A DNA stretch of 32,000 nt from Gammaproteobacteria bacterium (GTDB lineage Bacteria > Pseudomonadota > Gammaproteobacteria > G965277405): contig OZ255726.1 of NCBI GenBank assembly GCA_965277405.1, positions 2,052,675 through 2,084,674 of the forward strand, written 5' to 3'. Below are positions 8,156-17,462 of this stretch, in pieces (the first letter of the stretch is position 1; each line of letters opens with the position of its first letter). The position numbers and the translations under genes were made by a program. The notes beneath the pieces are model-generated. The model searched no databases. It saw only the letters and a list, made by a program, of their open reading frames with translations, and was not told the DNA's origin.

Positions 8156-10499
8156 TTCTGTTCCTAGCAAAACCGAAATTCGCGGTAAGATTGGCAGGCA
8201 GCTGATGCACGACAGCGCTGTCAAGCAGGTTGCAGGCGCAGCGCACTATATTGATGATGTTGCGGAACCTAAGGATCTGCTGCATCTGTATGTCGCCAAG
8301 AGCACGATGGCCCACGCAACAATCAGTAAACTCGACGTGTCGCAAGCCAGCGCTGCCGCAGGTGTCGCCGTTGTCTTGACTGCAGCAGATGTGCCTGGCG
8401 TCAACGATGCCTCTCCCGTGGCAGGGGACGACCCAGTTTTTGTAGAAGACCTAGTTGAATATGTCGGACAGTCGTTGTTTGTCGTTGCCGCCGATAGCCT
8501 GGAGCAGGCGCGAGCGGCCGCGGCTCTTGCTGTTGTGGAATATGAACAACTCCCTACTGTGCTGACAGTTGAGCAAGCACTCGCAGCGGGTTCGTTCGTG
8601 CTGCCAAGCCGTCACCTTGTCAAGGGAGACCCTGCATCAGCCCTCAAAACGGCCGTAAATAGATTGCAAGGTCGCGTTGAAATTGGTGGTCAGGACCATT
8701 TTTATCTTGAAGGTCATATCTCCGTGGCAACCCCGCGCGAGGATGGGGATGTCCACGTTCATTGTTCGACGCAACACCCGACTGAAGTTCAGCATAATGT
8801 CGCAAAGTTTCTTGATGTGGCGGACCATTCGGTCTGCGTTGAAAACAGGCGAATGGGCGGTGGGTTTGGCGGCAAGGAAACACAAGGGGCGTGGTTTGCC
8901 GCGATGGCAGCATTAGTGGCAACAACAACCGGGCGCCCAGCAAAACTAAGGGTGGACCGGGATGATGATATGATTATGACTGGGAAACGCCATGACTTTG
9001 TGATCGAGTATGATGTCGGGTTTGACGATGACGGCAAGATTGACGGCGTGGAATTTATGTTTGCATCGCGCTGCGGCCGCTCTGCGGACCTATCTGCTGC
9101 GATCAACGACCGAGCCATCTTCCATGCGGATAACTGCTATTTTATGGAAAATATCTCGATTATTTCGCACCGTTGCAAGACCCATACGGTCTCCAATACC
9201 GCCTTCAGGGGTTTTGGCGGCCCGCAGGGGATGATCGGCGTTGAACGGATGATTGACGAGATTGCACACGCGCTTGGCAAAGATCCTCTCGACATCCGCA
9301 AAATCAACCTATACGGCAAAACGGAGCGCAATGTCACTCCGTATCATATGGAGATTAAAGATAATATTATAGCGGAAATTATCGCCGATCTTGAGAAAAA
9401 ATCAGCCTATGCGGCGCGCGTCAAGGCTGTCCGTGAGTTTAATGCCAGCAGCGCGTATCTGAAAAAGGGCATTGCGTTGACACCTGTCAAATTCGGTATA
9501 TCTTTTACCACGACATTCCTCAACCAAGCTGGCGCACTCATTCATGTTTACACTGATGGCAGCGTCATGCTCAACCATGGCGGCACCGAGATGGGTCAGG
9601 GTCTGTTCATCAAGGTGGCCCAGGTTGTTGCCGAAGAATTGCAGATTGATATCGAGAGGGTAAAAATCACAGCAACGACAACCGACAAGGTGCCAAACAC
9701 GTCAGCAACAGCCGCGTCCTCTGGATCTGATATGAACGGCAAGGCGGCACAAATCGCCGCCAGAACAATTAAAGACCGATTAACCAAGTTTGCAGCAGAG
9801 CATTATCAGGTTGCTGCAAACGCTATTCGCTTTCTGCCCAATCGCATCCAAATTGGCAATAAGGTTGTTACATTTGCCGCACTGGTCGAGCAAGCCTACC
9901 TAAACCGAATTTCTCTTTCCGCGACTGGATATTATAAAACACCGAAAATCCACTATGACGCGGAAAACTATTCTGGACGCCCGTTTTACTATTTCGCATA
10001 CGGAGCCGCTGTCGCGGAAGCCATGATTGATACGTTGACTGGTGAGAGCAAAATCATGCGGGTTGATATCATCCATGATACTGGCAAAAGCCTTAATCCA
10101 AGCATTGATCTTGGTCAGATTGAAGGGGGCTTCATCCAGGGAATGGGATGGCTGACAACCGAGGAACTGGTGTTTGACGAGCGGGGTAACCTGATGACGC
10201 ATGCCCCGTCTACATATAAGATCCCAACGTGCAGCGACCGTCCCGCTATTTTCAATATGGAAATCTATGCTGGTGGCGAGAATGTGGAAAACAGCATTCA
10301 CAAGTCAAAAGCAGTTGGCGAACCGCCGTTAATGCTGGCGATTTCTGTCTTTAATGCGCTAACCGACGCCGTCAGAAGCGTTGCTGACTACCGCGAATTT
10401 CCTGCACTGGATGCCGCTGCGACACCAGAGCGAATTCTGCACGCCGTGCAGGATTTGCAGGAAAGGATGCGCAATAGCCAAAGGACTCCACCCGCATGA
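8148..10499 (+). CDS. xdhB: Xanthine dehydrogenase molybdopterin-binding large subunit
   Basis: The GGGFGGKE motif and family-typical length are present. ATG 8148 overlaps the xdhA stop (8153-8155), suggesting translational coupling. The track ORF starts at 8091. Confidence 0.9.
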   Translation: MRNSVPSKTEIRGKIGRQLMHDSAVKQVAGAAHYIDDVAEPKDLLHLYVAKSTMAHATISKLDVSQASAAAGVAVVLTAADVPGVNDASPVAGDDPVFVEDLVEYVGQSLFVVAADSLEQARAAAALAVVEYEQLPTVLTVEQALAAGSFVLPSRHLVKGDPASALKTAVNRLQGRVEIGGQDHFYLEGHISVATPREDGDVHVHCSTQHPTEVQHNVAKFLDVADHSVCVENRRMGGGFGGKETQGAWFAAMAALVATTTGRPAKLRVDRDDDMIMTGKRHDFVIEYDVGFDDDGKIDGVEFMFASRCGRSADLSAAINDRAIFHADNCYFMENISIISHRCKTHTVSNTAFRGFGGPQGMIGVERMIDEIAHALGKDPLDIRKINLYGKTERNVTPYHMEIKDNIIAEIIADLEKKSAYAARVKAVREFNASSAYLKKGIALTPVKFGISFTTTFLNQAGALIHVYTDGSVMLNHGGTEMGQGLFIKVAQVVAEELQIDIERVKITATTTDKVPNTSATAASSGSDMNGKAAQIAARTIKDRLTKFAAEHYQVAANAIRFLPNRIQIGNKVVTFAALVEQAYLNRISLSATGYYKTPKIHYDAENYSGRPFYYFAYGAAVAEAMIDTLTGESKIMRVDIIHDTGKSLNPSIDLGQIEGGFIQGMGWLTTEELVFDERGNLMTHAPSTYKIPTCSDRPAIFNMEIYAGGENVENSIHKSKAVGEPPLMLAISVFNALTDAVRSVADYREFPALDAAATPERILHAVQDLQERMRNSQRTPPA

Positions 10500-11596
10500 C
10501 GGATTGGGCAGATATCCTCAGCAAACACATGGAAAACGGCTGCCACTCCATCTTGTTGACGATTGCCGCCGTCCGCGGTTCTACCCCACGGGAAACTGGG
10601 ACGCGGATGTTGGTCACGATGCAGCAGACGTTCGGAACAATCGGCGGCGGAATGCTCGAATATCGGGCAATTCAACACGCAACTGGGCTGTTGCAGTCTG
10701 CTACGACTACCCCAGCAATTTTAAAAATCCTGCTCGGTCCAGAGCAGGGGCAATGTTGCGGTGGGCTGGTTGAACTGCTCGTCGCGCCTCTTGGTCAGCA
10801 AGATCTTGTGTGGATGAAAAATATTGTGGCGGCGAACAAACACTCACGGTGTGCTGTTCTGCATACCCGCTGGCAGGGCGGACAGATCCAGCGCCAGGTA
10901 TTCTGTAACCTTGATGACATTCCTGCCAATGAAAATTTGCTCAGACAACTATCGAGGATGGTTAGCAGCGATGGCACACCCCTTGTTGCAACCACCCCTG
11001 CGGGCGCAGATTTTACAGTTATAGAAGCCTTGAGCACTAACAAATTTCACCTTGTGCTGTTTGGTGCAGGTCATGTCGGCAAAGCCATCGTCCAGACTCT
11101 GGCAGGCTATCCCTGCTCGATCGCATGGGTCGATGAGCGCGCCGATATGTTCCCAGCAACCCTCCCTGCGATTGTAGAAAAATGGGTTACACCCTATCCT
11201 GCACGGTTGGTTGGTGAAACCCCACCAAATAGTTATTTCCTCGTGATGACCCATAGCCATCAACTGGATATGGAGATATGTGCGGCCATATTGAAGCGCG
11301 GTGCTTTTGGATATCTTGGGTTGATTGGCTCGAAAACGAAGCGGAATAAATTTGTAAAACGGTTAAAATTCAGAGGGTTTTCTTCAACGCGTATCAGTAA
11401 ACTCGTTTGCCCAATCGGGGTTGCTGCCATCAGCGGCAAGCATCCAAATGAAATTGCCATCAGTGTCGCAGCGCAGTTGCTGCAGCACCAGGAAATGCGT
11501 CAGTTGGCATCGAGAGATCTCGCAGTGTTTACCAGAGTTGAGGAAAAACGTAAGAAACTGACTCAGGTTACTGCAAAGTTTGAGACTAGTTTATAG
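10496..11596 (+). CDS. xdhC: XdhC/CoxI-family xanthine dehydrogenase maturation protein
   Basis: The start overlaps the xdhB stop in an ATGA arrangement. The N-terminal domain is XdhC-like and a Rossmann-like LVLFGAGHVGKA is present. The gene sits directly after xdhAB. Confidence 0.8.
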   Translation: MTDWADILSKHMENGCHSILLTIAAVRGSTPRETGTRMLVTMQQTFGTIGGGMLEYRAIQHATGLLQSATTTPAILKILLGPEQGQCCGGLVELLVAPLGQQDLVWMKNIVAANKHSRCAVLHTRWQGGQIQRQVFCNLDDIPANENLLRQLSRMVSSDGTPLVATTPAGADFTVIEALSTNKFHLVLFGAGHVGKAIVQTLAGYPCSIAWVDERADMFPATLPAIVEKWVTPYPARLVGETPPNSYFLVMTHSHQLDMEICAAILKRGAFGYLGLIGSKTKRNKFVKRLKFRGFSSTRISKLVCPIGVAAISGKHPNEIAISVAAQLLQHQEMRQLASRDLAVFTRVEEKRKKLTQVTAKFETSL

Positions 11597-11638
11597 GAGC
11601 ATAGCTAATTCTGGATTAAACAACAGAGAGACCGATAT

Positions 11639-13183
11639 ATGGAGACACAAGTTGCGCCGACACCCCGCCTAGAACTGAAGGGTATTACCAAAGCCTATCC
11701 TGGCGTGTTGGCTAATGATAGCATCGACCTGAAAATTTTCCCTGGAGAAATCCATGCTCTTTTTGGCGAAAATGGAGCCGGAAAAAGTACGCTCGTCAAA
11801 ATCATATATGGGGTTTTGCAAGCCGATTCTGGCATAATGGAATGGGATGGTAGGCCATTGCAAATTGCCAATCCCCACGCTGCGAGGAAAATCGGCATTG
11901 GTATGATTTTTCAGCATTTCTCACTCTTTGAGGCAATGACTGTTGTCGAGAATATCACGCTGGGGCTGCCATACCGCGAGAATATGGCTGAACTCGCGCA
12001 ACGCATCCGCGAAATTTCAGAAAATTACGGTCTCCTCCTCAACCCGTACCGATATGTCCATACGCTCTCTGTAGGCGAAAAACAGCGGATAGAAATTGTC
12101 CGTTGTCTGCTGCAAAACCCTAAATTGCTCATCATGGATGAGCCAACATCAGTTCTCACGCCGCTAGAAGCTGACAAGATGTTTACAACGCTACGCTGTC
12201 TGGCAACTGAAGGGGTTGCCATACTCTATATCAGCCATAAACTTTACGAAATACAGACCCTTTGCCATAAGGCAACAATCCTGCGGGGCGGCAAGTACAT
12301 TGCAGAATGTGACCCAAGCGTAGAGACCGCTAAAAACCTCGCCGAGATGATGACTGGCACCAACTTTACTGCAGCAAAGCACAGCGATAATAGCACGCGT
12401 GATCTGGTCTGCCTCAAGGTCAACAACCTCTCTTTGGATAGTACTGGTCAGTTTGGCACCGACCTCAATTTGATCAATTTCGAAGTAAGAAGCGGAGAAA
12501 TTTTCGGAATTGCCGGGGTTGCTGGCAATGGGCAAGTTGAGCTGCTAGCAGCACTTAGCGGCGAAGTAACGTGCAAAAATGCGCACGACATTCTGCTTGA
12601 ACAACAACCGATTGCCCATACAGGTCCCAATCAACGCAGGGAACTTGGTGTTGCATTTGTCCCCGAAGATCGGTTGGAGCATGGGTCTGTGGCTGACATG
12701 AGTTTGGTGGATAACGCCTTCCTCAGCGCCTATGGGCAGAAAAAACTTGTATGCATTGGTTGGATTAAAAGGCGCAAGACGATGAAATATGCAGATGAGA
12801 TTGTCGCCAAGTTCGATGTACGAACCACAGGGATTACCCACATGGCCAGCAGCCTGTCAGGCGGAAATCTGCAAAAATTTATCGTCGGCCGCGAAATGCT
12901 GAAAAAACCGAAATTGATCATTATTGCGCATCCTACGTGGGGGGTTGATGCATGTGCCGCCGCGGCTATCCAGCAGGCAATAATCGACCTCGCCGCAACA
13001 GGTACAGCTGTTTTGGTGGTTAGTCAGGACCTAGACGAACTATTTGCCATCAGTCATCGCATCGCGGTCATAGCAGCGGGCCGACTGTCCATCAGCCGCG
13101 CTGTTGATGAAATAGCAGTCGAGGATATCGGCGAGTTGATGGGCGGCGCCGCGGCAAAAATGGAATGTAACAATGTTGCTTAA
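11639..13183 (+). CDS. ABC transporter ATP-binding protein with two fused NBDs (sugar/nucleoside CUT2 type)
   Basis: Walker A is GENGAGKST, the signature LSVGEKQR and Walker [10 protein letters not shown] second, degenerate NBD is present (GVAGNGQ, LSGGNLQK). Two permease genes follow. Confidence 0.9.
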   Translation: METQVAPTPRLELKGITKAYPGVLANDSIDLKIFPGEIHALFGENGAGKSTLVKIIYGVLQADSGIMEWDGRPLQIANPHAARKIGIGMIFQHFSLFEAMTVVENITLGLPYRENMAELAQRIREISENYGLLLNPYRYVHTLSVGEKQRIEIVRCLLQNPKLLIMDEPTSVLTPLEADKMFTTLRCLATEGVAILYISHKLYEIQTLCHKATILRGGKYIAECDPSVETAKNLAEMMTGTNFTAAKHSDNSTRDLVCLKVNNLSLDSTGQFGTDLNLINFEVRSGEIFGIAGVAGNGQVELLAALSGEVTCKNAHDILLEQQPIAHTGPNQRRELGVAFVPEDRLEHGSVADMSLVDNAFLSAYGQKKLVCIGWIKRRKTMKYADEIVAKFDVRTTGITHMASSLSGGNLQKFIVGREMLKKPKLIIIAHPTWGVDACAAAAIQQAIIDLAATGTAVLVVSQDLDELFAISHRIAVIAAGRLSISRAVDEIAVEDIGELMGGAAAKMECNNVA

Positions 13184-14252
13184 GATCGAAAAACGCCTTG
13201 AGCCTTCGCGGTCAATGGTGTATGTAACTCCAGTTCTTGCCATATTTTTCACTATTGTCACGGCGATGGTGCTCTTCACGTTTATGGGAGTCGACCCTAT
13301 TGATGCTCTCATAAATTTTTTTATTGTCCCGATCAACAACGAGTATGGTGTCACCGAGGTTCTCGTTAAAGCAACACCGCTAATCCTTTGTGCCATCGGT
13401 CTTTCTGTGGGATTTCGGGCGAATATCTGGAATATTGGTGCAGAAGGGCAGCTAACGCTCGGTGCTATTTTTGGCGGGGGTGTTTTTGTCTATTTTTACG
13501 ATGTTGACAGCGGGTTTCTGCTGGTGGTCATGATTATCATGGGTGCCGTCGGCGGTGCACTCTGGGCTGCCATTCCGGCTTTCCTTAAAACCCGGTTCAA
13601 TGCCAATGAAATCCTCACCAGTCTGATGCTGGTGTATGTTGCTCTGCTGATCTTGAGTTTTCTGGTCCACGGACCGTGGAGCGATCCAGACGGGTATAAT
13701 TACCCTGAATCAAGAATGTTCAGCGCCAGCGCGACCATGCCGATTCTGTGGCAGGGAACGCGCTTGCATCTGGGAACGATCCTAGCATTATTCGCCGTCT
13801 TCACCACTTGGATAATGCTGGCGAAAACGCTGATTGGTTTTCAGATCAAAGTCATCGGCTCAAGCGCAAAAGCATGTAAGTATGCTGGTTTCAGCCAAAA
13901 AAAAATTACTTGGTTCTGCCTGCTTTTTGGTGGAGGTATGGCTGGAATCGCGGGGATTTCCGAAGTCGCAGGTCCAGTTGGTCAACTGGTGCCCATCATC
14001 TCCCCAGGGTATGGATTTACAGCCATTATTGTTGCATTTCTCGGGCGGCTTCACCCAGTCGGTATTATTTTCGCTGGGCTACTAATGGCGCTGACCTATC
14101 TTGGCGGTGAAACGGCGCAGCTCAATCTAGGACTGCCAACTGCCGTGACTGGTGTCTTTCAGGGAATGGTTCTCTTCTACCTGCTGGGCTGCGATGTGTT
14201 GGTCAATTACCGTTTTCGTCCGCTTGGTTTTGCACGGGCTGTTCATGAGTGA
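13173..14252 (+). CDS. ABC transporter permease
   Basis: The protein is a hydrophobic multi-span ORF. It overlaps the upstream ATPase gene by 11 nt and its stop overlaps the next permease start. Confidence 0.85.
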   Translation: MLLKIEKRLEPSRSMVYVTPVLAIFFTIVTAMVLFTFMGVDPIDALINFFIVPINNEYGVTEVLVKATPLILCAIGLSVGFRANIWNIGAEGQLTLGAIFGGGVFVYFYDVDSGFLLVVMIIMGAVGGALWAAIPAFLKTRFNANEILTSLMLVYVALLILSFLVHGPWSDPDGYNYPESRMFSASATMPILWQGTRLHLGTILALFAVFTTWIMLAKTLIGFQIKVIGSSAKACKYAGFSQKKITWFCLLFGGGMAGIAGISEVAGPVGQLVPIISPGYGFTAIIVAFLGRLHPVGIIFAGLLMALTYLGGETAQLNLGLPTAVTGVFQGMVLFYLLGCDVLVNYRFRPLGFARAVHE

Positions 14253-15174
14253 TTTTAGCTTGTTAGTCCCAGTAATTCTAACTGTTATCACCGCGGCAAC
14301 ACCGCTGGTTTTGGCCAGCATTGGCGAATTGGTGACAGAAAAATCTGGCGTTCTTAACCTAGGCATAGAAGGCATGATGATTGTCGGAGCTGTAGCCGCA
14401 TTTGTGACTGCAAAAGTGACCAGCAGCTATATTCTTGCTGTCCTTGTCGCCGCGCTGGCGGGTACTTGCATGGCGTTTATATTTGGTATCCTCACCCTTT
14501 CCTTGATGGCTAATCAGGTAGTAACTGGGCTGGCGCTGACGTTGTTCGGGACAGGTCTATCCTCGCTGGTTGGGCAGGACTTTGTCGGGGAGCCAATCGC
14601 TGCGATTGTCAAACTCGATATCAATGGCTTAACGACTCTGCCGATTGTCGGCCCCATCCTGTTTGGTCAGGATGCCTTGGTGTATTTGTCATTTGTGATG
14701 GTGGTGCTGGTTATCTGGTTCCTTAATACAACCAAAGCAGGCCTGATTCTTCGCGCTGTGGGTGATTCGCATGATGCTGCACATTTAATCGGATATTCGG
14801 TTATCGGCATCCGTTATCTTGCCGTTATGTTTGGTGGGGCCATGGCTGGAATTGGCGGCGCCTACCTCTCCTTGGCCTATACCCCGATGTGGGCGGAAAA
14901 CATGACAGCAGGTCGCGGTTGGATTGCTCTCGCCTTGATTGTCTTTGCAACTTGGAAACCTGGGTTGGTGCTGTTCGGTGCTTATATGTTTGGTGGTATT
15001 ACCCTGTTGCAATTGCATGCGCAGGCCGCAGGATTTGGCTTGCCGTCGCAAATGTTATCGATGTTGCCTTATCTGGCGACAGTGATTATCCTAGTTTTGA
15101 TTTCTAAGGACGAGTCACGTATCCGCAGACACGCTCCAGCTTGTATTGGGAAGATATTTCACCCTGCAGCGTAA
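14245..15174 (+). CDS. ABC transporter permease (second subunit)
   Basis: The protein is a hydrophobic multi-span ORF. The probable start, ATG 14245 (MSDFSLLVPV...), overlaps the upstream stop at 14250-14252. The track ORF starts at 14152. Confidence 0.85.
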   Translation: MSDFSLLVPVILTVITAATPLVLASIGELVTEKSGVLNLGIEGMMIVGAVAAFVTAKVTSSYILAVLVAALAGTCMAFIFGILTLSLMANQVVTGLALTLFGTGLSSLVGQDFVGEPIAAIVKLDINGLTTLPIVGPILFGQDALVYLSFVMVVLVIWFLNTTKAGLILRAVGDSHDAAHLIGYSVIGIRYLAVMFGGAMAGIGGAYLSLAYTPMWAENMTAGRGWIALALIVFATWKPGLVLFGAYMFGGITLLQLHAQAAGFGLPSQMLSMLPYLATVIILVLISKDESRIRRHAPACIGKIFHPAA

Positions 15175-15251
15175 TGCCCAAATTTAGGGAATTATATACC
15201 ATTTTAGCCAAGCACCACTTAACATATAGTTATTAAATGGTTTAAATACTA

Positions 15252-15279
15252 TTGACAAATAAATTTATTCCCCTACAAT
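15252..15279 (+). promoter_or_regulatory. Near-consensus sigma70 promoter inside the element, upstream of its three-gene operon
   Basis: TTGACA (15252-15257), 16 nt, then TACAAT (15274-15279). A GGAAGGGGG Shine-Dalgarno-like sequence follows before ATG 15303. Confidence 0.5.
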
Positions 15280-15302
15280 TCTAGCCATAGGAAGGGGGTG
15301 TC

Positions 15303-15938
15303 ATGAACAAGCACAACAAACCTGAAATTATGAGCGCGTGGGACTTTATGGCGAGGTTCCCAACAGACGAACTGGCACGCGACCATATCGAACGCATGCG
15401 TTGGGGCAATGAACCTTATTGTCCACACTGCTGGAGCATATCGGTCAGTCGAATTAAGAACGAAAAACCCCAGCCGTTTCGCTGCAAGGATTGCCGAAAA
15501 CATTTTTCTGTCACGACGGGTACAGTTTTCCATTCAACGAACCTATCACCGCGTAAGTGTCTTTATGCAATCTATCTCATGGCTATTGCTAAAAAGTCGA
15601 TTTCAAGCTGCCAGATGGCGCGGGAGCTTGGTTGCACACAAAAGACAGCATGGTATCTCGCACAACGCATTCGGGAAACCTGGCTGAATAAGTCCAGCAC
15701 TGGCGATCTGATGACCGGCGAAATAGAAATAGATGAAACCTATATCGACGGCATCGAAAAGAATAAGCACGCCAATAAAAAACTTAGGGCCGGTCGTGGG
15801 CCGGTCGGAAAACAAGCTGTTATCGGGGTGCGTGAGCGTAAATCCGGTCGTATTACGGCACGTCCGATTGCCCACATCAACCAAACCATACGTAACGCCG
15901 ACGGTGTTCTTGGGTACAAGAACCTGACGGTTAATTGA
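15303..15938 (+). CDS. IS1595-family transposase-derived protein, C-terminally decayed (Zn-ribbon plus HTH plus first catalytic D only)
   Basis: The N-terminus has a CPHC...CKDC zinc ribbon and FHSTNLSPRKCLYAIYLMA...SSCQMARELGCTQKTAWYLAQRIRE. EIDETYIDGIEKNKHANKKL and GRGPVGKQAVIGVRER match the family pattern. The ORF ends after ~195 homologous residues, so the second D and the E of the DDE triad are absent. Confidence 0.7.
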   Translation: MNKHNKPEIMSAWDFMARFPTDELARDHIERMRWGNEPYCPHCWSISVSRIKNEKPQPFRCKDCRKHFSVTTGTVFHSTNLSPRKCLYAIYLMAIAKKSISSCQMARELGCTQKTAWYLAQRIRETWLNKSSTGDLMTGEIEIDETYIDGIEKNKHANKKLRAGRGPVGKQAVIGVRERKSGRITARPIAHINQTIRNADGVLGYKNLTVN

Positions 15939-15949
15939 AAGGATAAACA

Positions 15950-16705
15950 ATGCCGCGCAAAGCCGAACAGCTTATTGAACCCATTGATACGACAATGGAC
16001 ACGCTGACAGCAACTGTCTTTTCAAACCAGAGAACTGTGCAGGCCCCGCCGGTTTCTTTACCCAAAGCTTTAACGCCGAACAGCCGCATCAAGATGGACG
16101 GGATTACGTTTCTGTCCCTATTGTCGGAGGCGGTAATCCCAGTCGCGTTTTTCGATCCGCAATATCGTGGCGTTCTCGAAAAGCTATCTTATGGGAACGA
16201 GGGGAAGGGGCGCGGAAAACGACGCTGCGCCTTGGAACAAATGCCCGAGGATGTAATCGCTCAATTCGTGCGCGGTATTGATCGCACCCTGATTCCATCT
16301 GGGCATTTGTTTTTATGGGTGGATAAGTTTCACCTCTGCCAAGGTATTCATGCGTGGCTGGACGGAACCTCGCTTGATATCGTTGATCTGGTTACTTGGG
16401 ATAAGGGAACCTTTGGTATGGGTTATCGGACACGCCGCCGCGCCGAGTACTGCATCATCCTTCAAAAACAGCCGCGCAAGGCAAAAGGTGTTTGGACAAT
16501 CCATAATATCCCAGATGTGTACCGCGAAAAGGCCGGACGGAAAGAACACCCGCATATCAAACCTATAGATTTACAAGGCGAACTTATGGCCGCAGTGAGC
16601 CGCGAAGGTGATTTCGTGATTGACCCAGCCGCAGGATCATTTTCGGTTATGCAAGCCACGCTAAATTACCGCCGCACTTTCCTTGGCTGTGATTTGAACG
16701 GATAA
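15950..16705 (+). CDS. Beta-class amino DNA methyltransferase (N6-A or N4-C, PF01555-like motif order)
   Basis: A motif IV-like FFDPQYRG lies in the N-terminal half. HPHIKPIDLQGELM is followed by a motif I-like DFVIDPAAGSFSV near the C-terminus. The IV-then-I order is that of the beta class. Confidence 0.8.
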   Translation: MPRKAEQLIEPIDTTMDTLTATVFSNQRTVQAPPVSLPKALTPNSRIKMDGITFLSLLSEAVIPVAFFDPQYRGVLEKLSYGNEGKGRGKRRCALEQMPEDVIAQFVRGIDRTLIPSGHLFLWVDKFHLCQGIHAWLDGTSLDIVDLVTWDKGTFGMGYRTRRRAEYCIILQKQPRKAKGVWTIHNIPDVYREKAGRKEHPHIKPIDLQGELMAAVSREGDFVIDPAAGSFSVMQATLNYRRTFLGCDLNG

Positions 16706-16710
16706 CGATC

Positions 16711-17382
16711 ATGGCCCGCATTCGGAATGCCCGTCCAAAGAATGTTTCTGGCTCTTACGAGCGGATATTCGACAATGCCGAACTCGGCGCACTCATTAGT
16801 AAAGTTCAATCCGCCGTCATCACATCGGGAACGGAGTTAGAGAAAAGGATCTCTGATATGGTCACCAATATAGACTGTCTGGATTCCTTTCTCAAACAAG
16901 AAATTATGCCGGATGGTGTGTGGCTCGCACGCAAGCGGCAAATTAAACGGAGCGATACCCTAGACTTTGCGGGCGCAGAGCCGGATTTCATGATTTTCAA
17001 ACGCCGACAAGGTGTCCAGTCCTGCCATATCGTTGAGCTAAAAGACGGACACGTATTTGATACCAAGAAAGCCAGTGCGGAACGTCAAGCTATGCATAAT
17101 TTTATCTCGCACAATGCCCAACACATCCAATATCGATTTCAAGCACATTTTTGTGCGTTCAATCAGGATGATCAGAATATGATATGGGTAGGTTTCAAGA
17201 AACGAATAGTTTTAAACGAAACAATGACAGGGCGCAAGTTCTGCGAGCTTTTAGAGCTAGATTATGACGCTATAATCGAGGCGAGGAAGGCTGACGGACC
17301 TGATAATGTCAATTTCTTCCTGTCAGAACTGGTCAAAATAGAGGGCATCCGTCCGCATCTGTTGGAATTGCTCAATGGCTAA
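16711..17382 (+). CDS. Putative type II restriction endonuclease (PD-(D/E)xK-like core)
   Basis: EPDFMIF...x15...HIVELKDG fits the D-Xn-E-X-K pattern. The gene starts 5 nt after the methyltransferase stop on the same strand. Its stop codon lies inside the right TIR. Confidence 0.55.
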   Translation: MARIRNARPKNVSGSYERIFDNAELGALISKVQSAVITSGTELEKRISDMVTNIDCLDSFLKQEIMPDGVWLARKRQIKRSDTLDFAGAEPDFMIFKRRQGVQSCHIVELKDGHVFDTKKASAERQAMHNFISHNAQHIQYRFQAHFCAFNQDDQNMIWVGFKKRIVLNETMTGRKFCELLELDYDAIIEARKADGPDNVNFFLSELVKIEGIRPHLLELLNG

Positions 17383-17462
17383 AATGGTATATAGTTCCCC
17401 AAATTTATAATAGTTTTTAACAAAGAGAGAATGAAATGAAATTTTTAACACAGGAGAATGAA

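Larger units (their letters stand above)
15180..17406 (+). mobile_element. TIR-bounded 2.2-kb IS1595-like element carrying a methyltransferase/nuclease passenger pair
   Basis: The 30-bp terminal inverted repeats match 28/30: 15180-15209 AAATTTAGGGAATTATATACCATTTTAGCC versus the reverse complement of 17377-17406, AAATTTGGGGAACTATATACCATTTTAGCC. The outer AAATTT is palindromic and could equally be a 6-bp target duplication. The element sits between a permease gene and the cognate binding-protein gene. Confidence 0.75.

Noticed and set aside
8637-10301. Numerous antisense or out-of-frame ORFs (60-133 aa) inside xdhB, xdhA, the ABC transporter genes, the BMP gene, the desulfurase, xylA and glpK
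   Set aside because: They are shadow ORFs fully nested in long, motif-supported genes on the other strand or frame. They have no motifs or start context of their own.
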